Assembly (NCBI GenBank): GCA_024226255.1
Contig: JAAELU010000158.1
Span: forward strand, 1-62,535
DNA: 62,535 nucleotides
Direction: 5' to 3'
Origin: a bacterium
GTDB taxonomy: Bacteria > Actinomycetota > Acidimicrobiia > Spongiisociales > UBA5794
This document shows positions 18,709-29,078 of the stretch, piece by piece. Each line of letters starts with the position of its first letter. The stretch's first letter is position 1. A model generated the notes under the pieces. It had not been told where the DNA came from, ran no database searches, and saw nothing but the letters and a program-made list of their open reading frames with translations. The position numbers were made by a program, and so were the translations under genes.

Positions 18709-19368
18709 CTAGAAGAGCGTCAGCCGTGTGGATTCGATGCCGCGGAGTTTGTCGTAGTCGACCTCTACCCAGCCAATGCCCCGATCTTCGGCCAGAGTGC
18801 GGGCCTGTGGCTTGACTTGCTGGGCGACGAAGATGCCGCGCACATCGCCGAGGCGGGCGTCGCGGGCCAGGAATTCCAGATATCGGGTGAGCTGTTCGAC
18901 GCCATCGATCTCACCGCGTCGCTTGATCTCGACTGCCACGGTCGATCCATCGGTGGATCGACACAACAGATCGACGGGGCCGATTGGCGTCGGATACTCG
19001 CGCCTGATCAGCTCGAGGCCTTCCTCGACCTCTTCAGGGTTCTCGGCGAGCAGTTTCTGCAAATCAGCCTCCACCCCGTCCTTCTGCAGCCCGGGGTCGT
19101 CGCCCATGTCCATTGCGGTCTCGAAGTGAATCTCGGAGAACGTGATGGTGAGCCGTTCACCCTTCGGGTTGATTACGACCCAGCGACCTTCTTCTTCGAT
19201 GAAATCGTTCGGAGCGTTCATCCAATTGAGCGGCTTGTATGCGCCCCCATCGGCATGGACTGCGACGCATCCGTCCGCCTTGACCATCACCAACCGGGTT
19301 GCCGGTGGTAGGTAGGCGTTGAGTCGGCCCTCATATTGGACAGTGCAGTCGGCGAGAACGATGCGCAT
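18709..19368 (-). CDS. nucS: endonuclease NucS (EndoMS, mismatch-specific)
   Basis: 219 aa. [40 protein letters not shown].. is followed by a C-terminal PD-(D/E)xK-like region, [23 protein letters not shown]. This is the typical NucS length and N-terminus. Confidence 0.9.
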   Translation of the reverse strand: MRIVLADCTVQYEGRLNAYLPPATRLVMVKADGCVAVHADGGAYKPLNWMNAPNDFIEEEGRWVVINPKGERLTITFSEIHFETAMDMGDDPGLQKDGVEADLQKLLAENPEEVEEGLELIRREYPTPIGPVDLLCRSTDGSTVAVEIKRRGEIDGVEQLTRYLEFLARDARLGDVRGIFVAQQVKPQARTLAEDRGIGWVEVDYDKLRGIESTRLTLF

Positions 19369-19408
19369 AGGCGGGCAGCGTACCCCACTGGCTTCCTTGC
19401 GAAGCCGG

Positions 19409-19939
19409 CTAGCCGAGGGGCGTTGTTGCGATCACAGGTGTCAACCGGCCGGTTGAGACGTCGTAGATGTGACCGGATACCTGCAACTCACGCGGAACCA
19501 TCGTGTTGGCGGCAAGACGGGCGACATCGGTGGCCAACGACTCCGTAGGCTCGCTGATCGCATAGGTCTCGACCACCGATTCGGTGCCGAACCGCGCCGT
19601 CACTTTGGCGGCCACTTCGGGATTGGCGAAGCGCGACATCCCACAGTCGGTGTGGTGGATGATTACGAGCTCGATGGAAGGCGTAGTTCCGCTGGCCGCC
19701 GCCATCAGCATCCAGAGCATCGAGACCTCGAGCGCCACCGCTTCGCTGACGCGACCACCAACATTGCGCAGCACCAAAGCATCGCCCAGTTCGATGCCGG
19801 CGAAGTGGGCCGGATCCACACGAGCATCCACGCAGGTGAGCACCAGGGTCGAGAGGTTGGGCTTGAGCGGCAGATCGCCCTGGTCGAATGAACCGGCGAA
19901 TGCCGAGTTGCTCTCGTAGAGCGTGGCGAGGTCGGACAA
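19409..19939 (-). CDS. beta-class carbonic anhydrase
   Basis: The CVDARVDP (CxDxR) and HHTDCGM (HxxC) zinc-ligand motifs are present. 176 aa. Confidence 0.85.
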   Translation of the reverse strand: MSDLATLYESNSAFAGSFDQGDLPLKPNLSTLVLTCVDARVDPAHFAGIELGDALVLRNVGGRVSEAVALEVSMLWMLMAAASGTTPSIELVIIHHTDCGMSRFANPEVAAKVTARFGTESVVETYAISEPTESLATDVARLAANTMVPRELQVSGHIYDVSTGRLTPVIATTPLG

Positions 19940-20042
19940 GGCACTCCTTCAGTAGGTGGCGGCAAGGCTACCGGTCGTGCTGTCTCAAGATGACGAGAGG
20001 CCCCGCCGAAGCGGGGCCCCATCGCCTCTCGGGCCAGTTGGT

Positions 20043-20864
20043 CTACGGAGCCTTGGGCTCGGCGATGATCGAGAATGTTCCCCCTTGGGGATCGTTGACC
20101 ACTGCGATCTTGCCTGCCGGCGTATCGAACGGCTCAACGCTGATATTGCCTCCAAGATCCTTGACCCTGGCTGCCGCAGCATCAGCGTCGGGTACGCGGA
20201 AGTACACCATCCAGTGCGACGGGATTTCAGCGGGCCAGTTTTCGTCCATGGCAATCATGCCGCCGTTGAAGTCGTCATCCATGTCGCCATCGCCCGGAAC
20301 CTTGGTATCCATGTGGATCGTCCAGTAGTTCATGGGAGCTGACGGATCCGCAGCCGGCATCTGGTTGAAGTCCCAGGGAAGAACCGAGCTGTAGAAAGCC
20401 ATCGAGCCATCGGTGTCCCTGGTTGCCAGTTCATTCCAGGCCATTGTGCCGTGCCCCATGAGCAAGTCGGCGCCGCGATGGGTGCCAGCCTCCCAGAGGC
20501 CGAATACCGCTCCGCCGGGATCTGCAAGGAATGCCATACGGCCCGATTCCATGACATCCATTGCCGGAACGATGACGTTGGCGCCGGCTGCAGTTGCCTT
20601 GGCCACTGTGTCATCAACGTTGTCGACTGTGATGTAGGAGTTCCAGATCGGGGGCATCCCCTTCATCATTTCGGGTTGGGCACCGAGGCCCGCCGTCGCC
20701 TTTCCGCCGATGCTGAACATGGTGTAGATGTAGTTGCCCTCGGGATCGAACTGCTCGGCCGACTCCCAGCCAAAGAGTGCCGAATAGAACTCCGTCGCCG
20801 CGGCTGGATCCGGCGAAGACACATCGGCCCAGCTAAAGAGTCCATGTGGGTAATTGTCTGCCAC
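20043..20864 (-). CDS. VOC (glyoxalase/bleomycin-resistance/dioxygenase) family protein, two tandem domains
   Basis: 273 aa with two repeats of the pattern F.W.D....D...A..FY..LFGW.......Y. Confidence 0.75.
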   Translation of the reverse strand: MADNYPHGLFSWADVSSPDPAAATEFYSALFGWESAEQFDPEGNYIYTMFSIGGKATAGLGAQPEMMKGMPPIWNSYITVDNVDDTVAKATAAGANVIVPAMDVMESGRMAFLADPGGAVFGLWEAGTHRGADLLMGHGTMAWNELATRDTDGSMAFYSSVLPWDFNQMPAADPSAPMNYWTIHMDTKVPGDGDMDDDFNGGMIAMDENWPAEIPSHWMVYFRVPDADAAAARVKDLGGNISVEPFDTPAGKIAVVNDPQGGTFSIIAEPKAP

Positions 20865-20949
20865 GCGTAGCGCCTCCTAGGTCGCAGCAGACCCTCGCCG
20901 CTGCCGACGTCCTAACGGTACAGGACGGGTGCGACAGAAACAGCGACGT

Positions 20950-21012
20950 CAGAAAGCAGAAGTCAGAAGCCAGATGTCAGATGTCAGATGTGAGATGTCA
21001 GATGTCAGAAAG
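20950..21012. repeat. tandem heptanucleotide array, 9 x CAGAWGT-type
   Basis: Read directly: cagaaag cagaagt cagaagc cagatgt cagatgt cagatgt gagatgt cagatgt cagaaag. It sits in the divergent region between the VOC gene and the CPCC gene. Confidence 0.85.
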
Positions 21013-21057
21013 AACGCGCCCCGGGTGGTCGCGCTTGCCATATGTCACAATGGCAAA

Positions 21058-21336
21058 ATGACGGATTCAACGCCACGGCGCAGGGGAAACGTATTCGCTC
21101 CGGTCGGCGAAGAGCTGCACACGTGCCCGTGCTGCGGTCATCGCACGCTGAACCAGCGCGGCGCCTACGAGATCTGCATTGAGTGCGGCTGGGAGGACGA
21201 CGGCCAGGACGACCACGACAGCCTCGCTGTGCGTGGCGGGCCGAACGGGCAGCTGAGCCTGACGATTGCGCGAACTCAGTACGTTGCACGTGGCGGAACG
21301 CCAGAACCCCACACGCCCCCGGCGAGGCCGGCGTAG
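21058..21336 (+). CDS. small cysteine-rich CPCC-domain protein
   Basis: 92 aa from ATG 21058: ...HTCPCCGHRTLNQRGAYEICIECGWEDDGQDD.. (CPCC...C.EC.WEDD pattern). The longer track ORF from 20929 merely reads through the heptamer array. Confidence 0.6.
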   Translation: MTDSTPRRRGNVFAPVGEELHTCPCCGHRTLNQRGAYEICIECGWEDDGQDDHDSLAVRGGPNGQLSLTIARTQYVARGGTPEPHTPPARPA

Positions 21337-21409
21337 GAGCAAACACGCCTGTCTTCTCACATCTGAAGCGAGGCGCTAGCCGAGCGGCCTCACATCGGCA
21401 CCGGAGCAT

Positions 21410-21455
21410 GGAGCTGCGCAGCAGCTCCCAAGGAACGGACCGCCAGGTCCGTTCC
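21410..21455. terminator. REP-like double hairpin; probable bidirectional terminator between the CPCC gene and sufB
   Basis: GGAGCTGCGCAGCAGCTCC (21410-21428) and GGAACGGACCGCCAGGTCCGTTCC (21432-21455) lie 3 nt from the sufB stop. The same two hairpins recur at 40481-40517. Confidence 0.55.
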
Positions 21456-21458
21456 CGA

Positions 21459-22862
21459 CTAGCCGACGCTGCCTTCCATCTGCAGTTCAATCAGGCGGTT
21501 GAGCTCAACGGCGTACTCCATGGGGAGTTCCTTGACGATCGGCTCGATGAAGCCGGCGACAATCATTCCCGTCGCCTCTTCCTCAGATAGGCCACGGCTC
21601 ATCAGATAGAAGAGCTGCTCTTCGCCGACCTTCGAAACTGAGGCCTCATGGCCAATTTCCGTGTTGGATTCCTCGATCTCCATCGCCGGATAGGTATCCG
21701 AGCGCGATTCGGGGTCCATGATCAGAGCGTCACAGCGCACGAAGCTCTTGGCCTTTTCAGCGCCTTCCTCGACCCGCAGCAGACCGCGGTAGCCGGCCCG
21801 ACCGCCGTGCATCGAAATCGATTTCGAGGTGATCAAAGAAGTCGTATTCGGCGCGGCGTGGACGATCTTGGCCCCGGCATCCTGGTGCTGGTCCTCGCCG
21901 GCGAAAGCAATCGAGAGCACCTCACCGTGGGCGCCCTCCTCCATCAACCATACGGCGGGATACTTCATCGTCAGCCGGGAACCGATGTTCCCATCGACCC
22001 ACTCCATCGTGGCGTTCTTGTATGCAACGGCCCGCTTGGTGACCAGGTTGAACACGTTGTTCGACCAGTTCTGGATGGTGGTGTAGCGGCACCGACCACC
22101 TTCCTTGATCACAATCTCGACCACAGCCGAGTGAAGCGAATCAGACGTGTAGACCGGCGCCGAACAGCCTTCGACATAGTGCACGTAGGCGCCCTCGTCG
22201 ACGATGATCAACGTGCGTTCGAACTGGCCCATGTTCTCCGCGTTGATGCGGAAGTACGCCTGCAGCGGGTCCGACACGTGGACGCCGGGGGGCACGTAGA
22301 TGAACGATCCGCCACTCCATACCGACGAGTTGAGGGCGGCAAACTTGTTGTCGTTCGGAGGGATGATCTTCCCGAAATACTCCTGGACGATCTCGGGATG
22401 GTCCCGCACCGCGGTGTCCATGTCACAGAAGATCACACCAAGGGCCTCGAGATCCTCACGATTGCGGTGGTAAACGACTTCGCTCTCATATTGCGCGGTC
22501 ACGCCGGCGAGGTACTTGCGCTCGGCCTCCGGGATGCCCAACTTCTCGTAGGTTTCCTTGATGGAATCGGGCACCATGTCCCAATCCTTGGCCTGGCCTT
22601 CCGTCGGCTTGATGTAGTAGTAGATATCGTCGAAGTCGATGGTCTCGAGCGCCCCGCCGCCGCCCCAATCCGGAATGGGCTTGCGCAAGAACCGCTTGTA
22701 CGCCTTGAGCCGGAACTCGAGCATCCACTCGGGCTCCTTCTTCATTGCGGACATTTCACGAATGATCTCTTCGTTCAAACCCTTCTTGGGCTTGAAGACG
22801 TAGTCCTCTTCGTCATGCCAGCCAAGCTGATACGCCCCAAGGTCAATATCGACGGTGGCCAT
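21459..22862 (-). CDS. sufB: Fe-S cluster assembly scaffold protein SufB
   Basis: 467 aa with [38 protein letters not shown].., ..VKCSHGATVG-type region and [23 protein letters not shown] is present. Confidence 0.95.
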   Translation of the reverse strand: MATVDIDLGAYQLGWHDEEDYVFKPKKGLNEEIIREMSAMKKEPEWMLEFRLKAYKRFLRKPIPDWGGGGALETIDFDDIYYYIKPTEGQAKDWDMVPDSIKETYEKLGIPEAERKYLAGVTAQYESEVVYHRNREDLEALGVIFCDMDTAVRDHPEIVQEYFGKIIPPNDNKFAALNSSVWSGGSFIYVPPGVHVSDPLQAYFRINAENMGQFERTLIIVDEGAYVHYVEGCSAPVYTSDSLHSAVVEIVIKEGGRCRYTTIQNWSNNVFNLVTKRAVAYKNATMEWVDGNIGSRLTMKYPAVWLMEEGAHGEVLSIAFAGEDQHQDAGAKIVHAAPNTTSLITSKSISMHGGRAGYRGLLRVEEGAEKAKSFVRCDALIMDPESRSDTYPAMEIEESNTEIGHEASVSKVGEEQLFYLMSRGLSEEEATGMIVAGFIEPIVKELPMEYAVELNRLIELQMEGSVG

Positions 22863-23033
22863 GTTGCGCGCTACTCCTCAGATAATTTCTACTATCGCCG
22901 TAGGGGTATTGTCCCACACCTTCCGGCGGTGCTCAACGCCGGGAACGGACCGACCCCCCACGTTCTTGCGTAGATACGCGCCAATATCGGCCGTCATCTA
23001 CGCCGGAATGGAGTGGCAGCCAGATCCCGCCCC

Positions 23034-23948
23034 CTACGCTCGTTCGGCCCGCGATGCTATCCACGCACCGGCCAGGACCAAAACCACTCCCACCAGGGCT
23101 ATCGGTTCGATCACCTCATCGAGGAACAGGACGCCGAGGATGATGGCGACGACCGGAACGAAGTAGATCGAGATGGCGCCGCGCGGCGCCCCGACCCGCC
23201 CGACGAGGATCGACATGAGCACAAAGGCCAAGCCGGTGCTGAGGACGCCGAGCGGCACCATCGCCAGAGCCGCTTTCCACGACCACGTCGACTCACCGAG
23301 CTGGTAGATCCCCATCGGCAGTACCGCCACCGTGGCCACCAGCAGGGCACGGAATAGAACCGGCAACGCCCCGTATTTTTGCTGCAAGGGCACTGCGAGG
23401 TTGGCCGAGAGCCCATAGAGCGCCACTGCGACGAGCGACAGCGCCACACCAGTCGCCGTGGCCGACGAGCCCCGCAGCTCGGGAAGTGAAACGGCGATGA
23501 TGCCGAGCAGACCCACAAGGATTCCAACCAACTGGATGGTGCCGGGCGCCTTTCGCATCAAAACCGTGGCCCAGAACGCAGCCGCCACCGGCATCGCGGC
23601 ATTCAGCATCGCGGTGACAGAAGAGTCGATCCACAGCTGGGCGATTGGAAAGAGGGTCAGCGGAATCGCCACCCAGATCATCCCCAGCACAGCAACACGC
23701 CACATGTCACCCCGCTCAATGGGAGTCCGGGCCCGCTTGATTAGCGCCAAGGCGGCGGCGCCGAGACCCACCCGGGCCAAGGTGACAACACCGGGCTCAA
23801 AAGCCTCGAGGCCGACCGCCATCAAGAAGAACGATGAGCCCCAGATGATCGCCACTCCCACCAGCAGGCCCCACTCGGTACTGCCGAACGCACCGAGATT
23901 GGTGCCTCTGGCAGTAGAAGGGAGCGCAGATCGTGTCGGGTTGGCCAT
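23034..23948 (-). CDS. EamA/DMT family transporter
   Basis: About 10 TM helices forming two EamA-like halves. ATG 23948 is preferred over the track start at 23993. Confidence 0.75.
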   Translation of the reverse strand: MANPTRSALPSTARGTNLGAFGSTEWGLLVGVAIIWGSSFFLMAVGLEAFEPGVVTLARVGLGAAALALIKRARTPIERGDMWRVAVLGMIWVAIPLTLFPIAQLWIDSSVTAMLNAAMPVAAAFWATVLMRKAPGTIQLVGILVGLLGIIAVSLPELRGSSATATGVALSLVAVALYGLSANLAVPLQQKYGALPVLFRALLVATVAVLPMGIYQLGESTWSWKAALAMVPLGVLSTGLAFVLMSILVGRVGAPRGAISIYFVPVVAIILGVLFLDEVIEPIALVGVVLVLAGAWIASRAERA

Positions 23949-24290
23949 ATCTTGAAGGACCCCGTTCCGCGCCAGAGAGTTGCACCGGGACACTAACGGC
24001 GTCGAGTTTGCCCCGAGGCGGCCGAATGCCGGTGGACGTCAATCCGCCAGGAGACCCTGACGGCCTCACGACATTCGGGAACGCCTGCTCGATGGCGGGC
24101 GTTATTAGTTACACGAGGATGACCCCCGGCGTCGGAAGCGGTCGGCGCTCTCCAGCCAACTCTCCGGCTGGAGTCCCCACTCCCAAAATGTCCGCAAGCA
24201 ATGCCGGCGCTGGGAGGTCATCCGCCAGCATCAGGCCAGGTCACAACCTCAGATTTGCCGCCGGCCGCGTCGAGCGATATGCATGCGATC

Positions 24291-24447
24291 GCATATATGC
24301 AGAAGTTCAGCCGGAACTATGAGATCCCGCACCAGCTACGGCACTTCGTTGTCACCCTTGGATTCCAGTGCTTCCACAGCGGGTATGATGGCCGTTCCGC
24401 CCTCGTCAGCCAGAGAAGACCTGGCTACGGATTTGCGCATATGTGCA
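24291..24447. promoter_or_regulatory. pair of AT-rich palindromic boxes GCATAT(A/G)TGCA in the gltB leader (candidate operator sites)
   Basis: GCATATATGCA at 24291-24301, adjacent to the perfect 12-bp palindrome ATGCGATCGCAT at 24283-24294. GCATATGTGCA at 24437-24447, about 40 nt upstream of the gltB ATG. Confidence 0.3.
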
Positions 24448-24488
24448 TGCGGAACGCTGGATGACTAGAACACGAGCAAGGCAGGGCG

Positions 24489-27400
24489 ATGGTGCAGCGG
24501 CCCCAGGGGCTTTATCGACCACAGTTCGAGCATGACTCGTGCGGGGTCAGCTTCGTGGTGCATATGGGTGGCCGGCGCAGCCACTCCATTGTTGAGCTCG
24601 GCCTGACCGCGCTCAACAACCTCGAACACCGCGGTGCCGCCGGATCCGACCCCAACACCGGCGACGGGGCTGGAATCCTGGTGCAGATACCGGATGCCTT
24701 CTTCAGGTCGGTCGTCGACTTCGACTTGCCGCCTGAAGGCAGTTACGCCACCGGCATGGCCTTCCTCCCCCAGGCCACGACCGCGGCCGATGGAGGGGCC
24801 GGAGCCATCGAGAGGATCGTCGCCGATGAGGGGATGTCCATCCTCGGTTGGCGTGACGTACCCACCAACCCGGCAGGACTCGGCGAGGCCGCCCGCGAGA
24901 CCATGCCAACCTTCCGCCAAGTATTCATTGCCGCCGATGACACCTCCGGCATGGATCTCGAGCGGTTGGCCTACGTGGTTCGCAAGCGCGTTGAACACGA
25001 AATCCATCTCGCGGCCGGCCCCGATGAGATCAACGAAGCGATGGGTGGCGCCTCCGAGATGCATGACGGCGTCTACTTCCCATCCCTGTCAGGACGCACG
25101 TTCCTCTACAAAGGCATGCTCACCACACCGCAATTGGTCGACTTCTTTCCCGATCTCCACGACGAACGGGTGGTCAGTGCGCTGGCGCTCGTCCACTCCC
25201 GTTTTTCTACCAACACCTTCCCGGCGTGGCCGCTAGCCCACCCGTACCGGTTTGTCGCACACAACGGTGAGATCAACACCATCCAGGGCAATCGCAACTT
25301 CATGCGCTCCCGCGAGACGCTGCTCAAATCGGACCTGATCCCAGGAGATATCTCACGTCTCTTCCCTATTTGCACGCCTGGCGCATCCGACACCGCCGGT
25401 TTCGACGAGGCGCTCGAACTGCTCTACATGGGCGGCTATTCGCTGCCAGAAGCCATGTTGATGATGATCCCGGAGCCGTGGGAGGGCCACCAACATATGG
25501 CCCCGGAAACCCGGGCCTACTACCAGTACCACGCCTCTCTGATGGAACCTTGGGACGGGCCCGCATCGATCGCGTTCACCGACGGCCGACTGATCGGAGC
25601 ACTGCTCGATCGCAACGGACTGCGACCCTCGCGGTACTGGGTCACCGACGACGACCTGGTCGTCATGGCGTCCGAAGTGGGCGTGATCGATGTCCCGCAG
25701 TCGAAGATCATCGAGAAGGGCCGACTGCAGCCCGGCAAGATGTTTCTCATCGACACCGACAAGGGTCGCATCGTGCGCGACGAAGAGATCAAGGCCGAGC
25801 TAGCAGGGGCCCGGCCGTATCAGGAGTGGCTCGACCGGCAGCTACTCCATGTCGACGACGTTGCAGACCGCATCTCGCAGCGCGACGACGCCGCTCCCCT
25901 GCTGCAGCGCCAGCAGGCCTTCGGGTACACCCACGAAGATATGAAGCTGATCCTGGCCCCCATGGCGCGGACCGCCAAGGAGCCCCTGGGCTCAATGGGC
26001 ACCGATACCCCGCTGGCGCCGCTTTCGCTGCGGCCTCGCCTCTTGTTCGACTACTTCAAACAGATGTTTGCCCAGGTCACCAACCCTCCTCTCGATGCCA
26101 TCCGCGAGGAGCTGGTCACTTCACTGCGCTCGATGCTGGGCCCAGAGGGGAATCTCTTCGAGCCAACCGAGCGGTCGTGTTCGATGATCGAGCTCGACAG
26201 CCCGATCATCGACAACAACCAACTGGTTCAGCTGCTGCATATCGACCAGGTCGAGACCGTCGAAGGGTTCACCGCCGTTGTGCCGTGCCTCTTCGAGGTC
26301 GACCGCGGTGAGGACGGCCTTCGCGACGCCATCGAGGATGTCTTTATCCGCGTCGACGAGCTGATCGAGGACGGCGTCTCGGGAGTCATTCTGTCTGATC
26401 GGGGAATGACCGCGACACACGCCCCGATCCCATCGCTTCTCATCACATCGGCGGTTCACCACCATCTGATTCGTACGAAACAGCGCACCAAGGTCGGCCT
26501 TATCGTGGAGACCGGTGATGCTCGAGAAATCCATCATCTCTGCCTCCTAGTCGGCTACGGAGCAGCCGCGGTCAACCCTTACGGGGCACTTGAATCGATC
26601 GATCAGTTGGTCACCGAAGGTGCGTATGACCTTGGTGGCGTCACCGCAGACCAAGCCGAGGCCAACTACCTGAAGGCGGCCGGGACCGGCATCCTCAAGG
26701 TGATGTCGAAGATGGGCATCTCCACCGTTGCCTCATACACCGGCGCCCAGATCTTCGAGGCCATAGGGCTTGGTGAGGAACTGGTCGACCGATACTTCAC
26801 CGGTACCGTCAGCCGTCTTGGCGGAATCGGGCTCGGCATCGTTGCTGAGGAAGTCGCCATGCGCCATCGAATTGCGTTCAGCCCCAACCCGCCCCAGCGA
26901 GCCCATCGGGAGCTCGACGCCGGCGGCGAATACCAATGGCGCCGTGAGGGCGAGTTCCACTTGTTCAATCCGGAGAATATCTACCGACTTCAGCACGCCA
27001 CCCGCTCGGGTCGCTATGACCTGTTCAAGGAGTACAGCGACAGTGTCAACGACCAGTCGCGCCGTCTCGGCACATTGCGCGGACTGTTCGAATTGCGCAC
27101 CCACGATCGACCACCGGTGCCCCTCGACGAGGTTGAACCAATCTCGGAGATCATGAAGCGGTTCTCGACCGGGGCTATGTCGTACGGCTCGATTTCGAAG
27201 GAAGCGCACGAGACTTTGGCCATCGCCATGAACCGCATCGGGGGCAAGTCGAATACCGGCGAAGGTGGCGAGGACTCCGATCGATTCACGCCAGACAGCA
27301 ATGGTGATCTGAGGCGCAGCGCCATCAAACAGGTCGCGTCAGGACGCTTCGGCGTCACATCGGAGTACCTGGTCAACTCGGATGACATTCAGATCAAGAT

Positions 27401-29078
27401 GGCGCAGGGTGCCAAGCCAGGAGAGGGTGGCCAGCTTCCCGGCCACAAGGTTTGGCCGTGGATAGCCGAGACCCGCCACTCGACGCCAGGGGTTGGCCTG
27501 ATCTCGCCACCGCCGCACCACGACATCTACTCGATCGAAGACATCAAACAGCTCATTCACGACCTCAAGAACGCCAATCCCCACGCCCGGATTCACGTGA
27601 AGCTGGTCGCCCAGATGGGCGTAGGCACGGTCGCCGCGGGTGTCGCCAAGGCCAAATCGGATGTCGTGTTGATCTCGGGTCACGACGGTGGCACCGGGGC
27701 GTCGCCACTGACGTCACTCAAGCACGCCGGTGGGCCCTGGGAGCTGGGTCTGGCGGAGACCCAGCAGACCCTCCTACTGAACGGGCTCCGGGAACGCATC
27801 GTGGTCCAAGTGGACGGTCAACTGAAGACAGGCCGAGACGTAATGATCGCTGCGCTGCTCGGAGCCGATGAGTTCGGATTCGCAACCGCGCCGCTGGTCG
27901 TATCCGGCTGCGTCATGATGCGCGTCTGTCACCTCGACACATGCCCGGTCGGAGTCGCCACCCAGAACCCTGAGTTGCGCAAAAGGTTCTCCGGCAAGGC
28001 CGAGTTCGTCGTCACGTTCATGGAGTTTGTCGCCGAAGAGGTGCGCGAGCTGCTGGCCGAACTCGGTTTCCGCACGCTCGACGAGGCCATCGGCCAAGCC
28101 GAGTTGCTAGACGCCGCCGACGTCGTAGACCACTGGAAAATCGCCGGTCTCGATCTGAGTCCCATCTTCCATCTTCCCGACGTCGCTGAGACGTCGGCCC
28201 GCCATAACACGGCCGACCAGGACCATGGCCTCGAGAACGCCCTCGACCAACAGCTGATCGCGGCGGCAGCACCGGCGCTGAACGACGCCACGCCGGTGTC
28301 GGTCGACCTCCCGATTCGCAACGTCAATCTCACCACCGGAACCCTCTTGGGCCATGAGGTGACCCGACGATTCGGCGCCGCCGGTCTCCCCGACAACACG
28401 ATCTCCATCAACTTCTCCGGTTCCGCCGGGATGAGCTTCGGTGCGTTTTTGCCAAAGGGAGTCACCTTGAGCCTCAGCGGCGATGCCAACGACTTCGTGG
28501 GCAAAGGCCTATCGGGGGGCAGGATCATTGTTCGCCCGCCGCGCGCTGCCGGGTTCGTTGCTGAGGAGAACATCATCGCCGGCAACGTCATCCTCTACGG
28601 CGCAACTTCTGGGGAAGCCTTCCTGCGTGGCTTGGTCGGCGAGCGATTCTGCGTACGTAACTCCGGCGCCACTGCTGTTGTCGAAGGAGTCGGCGACCAC
28701 GGATGCGAGTACATGACAGGCGGGCGCGCCATCATCCTGGGCCCAACAGGGCGCAACTTCGCGGCCGGCATGTCCGGCGGCATCGCCTACGTGTTTGACG
28801 AGGACGGCAGCTTCCCGACCAAGGTCAACACCGAGATGGTCGAGCTCGAGCCGCTCGACGATGACGATGAGCAGTTCATTCGCGATCGTGTGGAGGCCCA
28901 TCTCAAAGAGACCGAATCGGCCGTGGCGTCGAAGATTCTCAACGGCTGGCACAACTTCCTCCCTCGTTTCGTCAAAGTGATGCCAACCGCATACCGGCGG
29001 GTCTTGGAAGCTGCCCGAGAGGCCGAAGCCCGTGGCGAGTCGGTCATCGAAGCGATCATGGCGTCTTCTCGTGGCTGA
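24489..29078 (+). CDS. gltB: glutamate synthase (GOGAT) large subunit
   Basis: 1529 aa. N-terminal Ntn amidotransferase domain ([12 protein letters not shown]), FMN/3Fe-4S central domain and C-terminal GXGXG beta-helix. Confidence 0.97.
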   Translation: MVQRPQGLYRPQFEHDSCGVSFVVHMGGRRSHSIVELGLTALNNLEHRGAAGSDPNTGDGAGILVQIPDAFFRSVVDFDLPPEGSYATGMAFLPQATTAADGGAGAIERIVADEGMSILGWRDVPTNPAGLGEAARETMPTFRQVFIAADDTSGMDLERLAYVVRKRVEHEIHLAAGPDEINEAMGGASEMHDGVYFPSLSGRTFLYKGMLTTPQLVDFFPDLHDERVVSALALVHSRFSTNTFPAWPLAHPYRFVAHNGEINTIQGNRNFMRSRETLLKSDLIPGDISRLFPICTPGASDTAGFDEALELLYMGGYSLPEAMLMMIPEPWEGHQHMAPETRAYYQYHASLMEPWDGPASIAFTDGRLIGALLDRNGLRPSRYWVTDDDLVVMASEVGVIDVPQSKIIEKGRLQPGKMFLIDTDKGRIVRDEEIKAELAGARPYQEWLDRQLLHVDDVADRISQRDDAAPLLQRQQAFGYTHEDMKLILAPMARTAKEPLGSMGTDTPLAPLSLRPRLLFDYFKQMFAQVTNPPLDAIREELVTSLRSMLGPEGNLFEPTERSCSMIELDSPIIDNNQLVQLLHIDQVETVEGFTAVVPCLFEVDRGEDGLRDAIEDVFIRVDELIEDGVSGVILSDRGMTATHAPIPSLLITSAVHHHLIRTKQRTKVGLIVETGDAREIHHLCLLVGYGAAAVNPYGALESIDQLVTEGAYDLGGVTADQAEANYLKAAGTGILKVMSKMGISTVASYTGAQIFEAIGLGEELVDRYFTGTVSRLGGIGLGIVAEEVAMRHRIAFSPNPPQRAHRELDAGGEYQWRREGEFHLFNPENIYRLQHATRSGRYDLFKEYSDSVNDQSRRLGTLRGLFELRTHDRPPVPLDEVEPISEIMKRFSTGAMSYGSISKEAHETLAIAMNRIGGKSNTGEGGEDSDRFTPDSNGDLRRSAIKQVASGRFGVTSEYLVNSDDIQIKMAQGAKPGEGGQLPGHKVWPWIAETRHSTPGVGLISPPPHHDIYSIEDIKQLIHDLKNANPHARIHVKLVAQMGVGTVAAGVAKAKSDVVLISGHDGGTGASPLTSLKHAGGPWELGLAETQQTLLLNGLRERIVVQVDGQLKTGRDVMIAALLGADEFGFATAPLVVSGCVMMRVCHLDTCPVGVATQNPELRKRFSGKAEFVVTFMEFVAEEVRELLAELGFRTLDEAIGQAELLDAADVVDHWKIAGLDLSPIFHLPDVAETSARHNTADQDHGLENALDQQLIAAAAPALNDATPVSVDLPIRNVNLTTGTLLGHEVTRRFGAAGLPDNTISINFSGSAGMSFGAFLPKGVTLSLSGDANDFVGKGLSGGRIIVRPPRAAGFVAEENIIAGNVILYGATSGEAFLRGLVGERFCVRNSGATAVVEGVGDHGCEYMTGGRAIILGPTGRNFAAGMSGGIAYVFDEDGSFPTKVNTEMVELEPLDDDDEQFIRDRVEAHLKETESAVASKILNGWHNFLPRFVKVMPTAYRRVLEAAREAEARGESVIEAIMASSRG

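Noticed and set aside
18082-21012. Possibility that the heptamer arrays, or the 120-bp units at 62315-62535, are CRISPR arrays.
   Set aside because: The 7-bp units have no spacers. The 101-bp repeats with ~19-nt spacers are far outside CRISPR repeat/spacer dimensions. No cas genes are in the window.
20929-21057. N-terminal extension of the CPCC ORF (MRQKQRRQKAEVRSQMSDVRCEMSDVRK..).
   Set aside because: It is simply the heptamer array read in one frame. The internal ATG at 21058 gives the conserved CPCC protein length.
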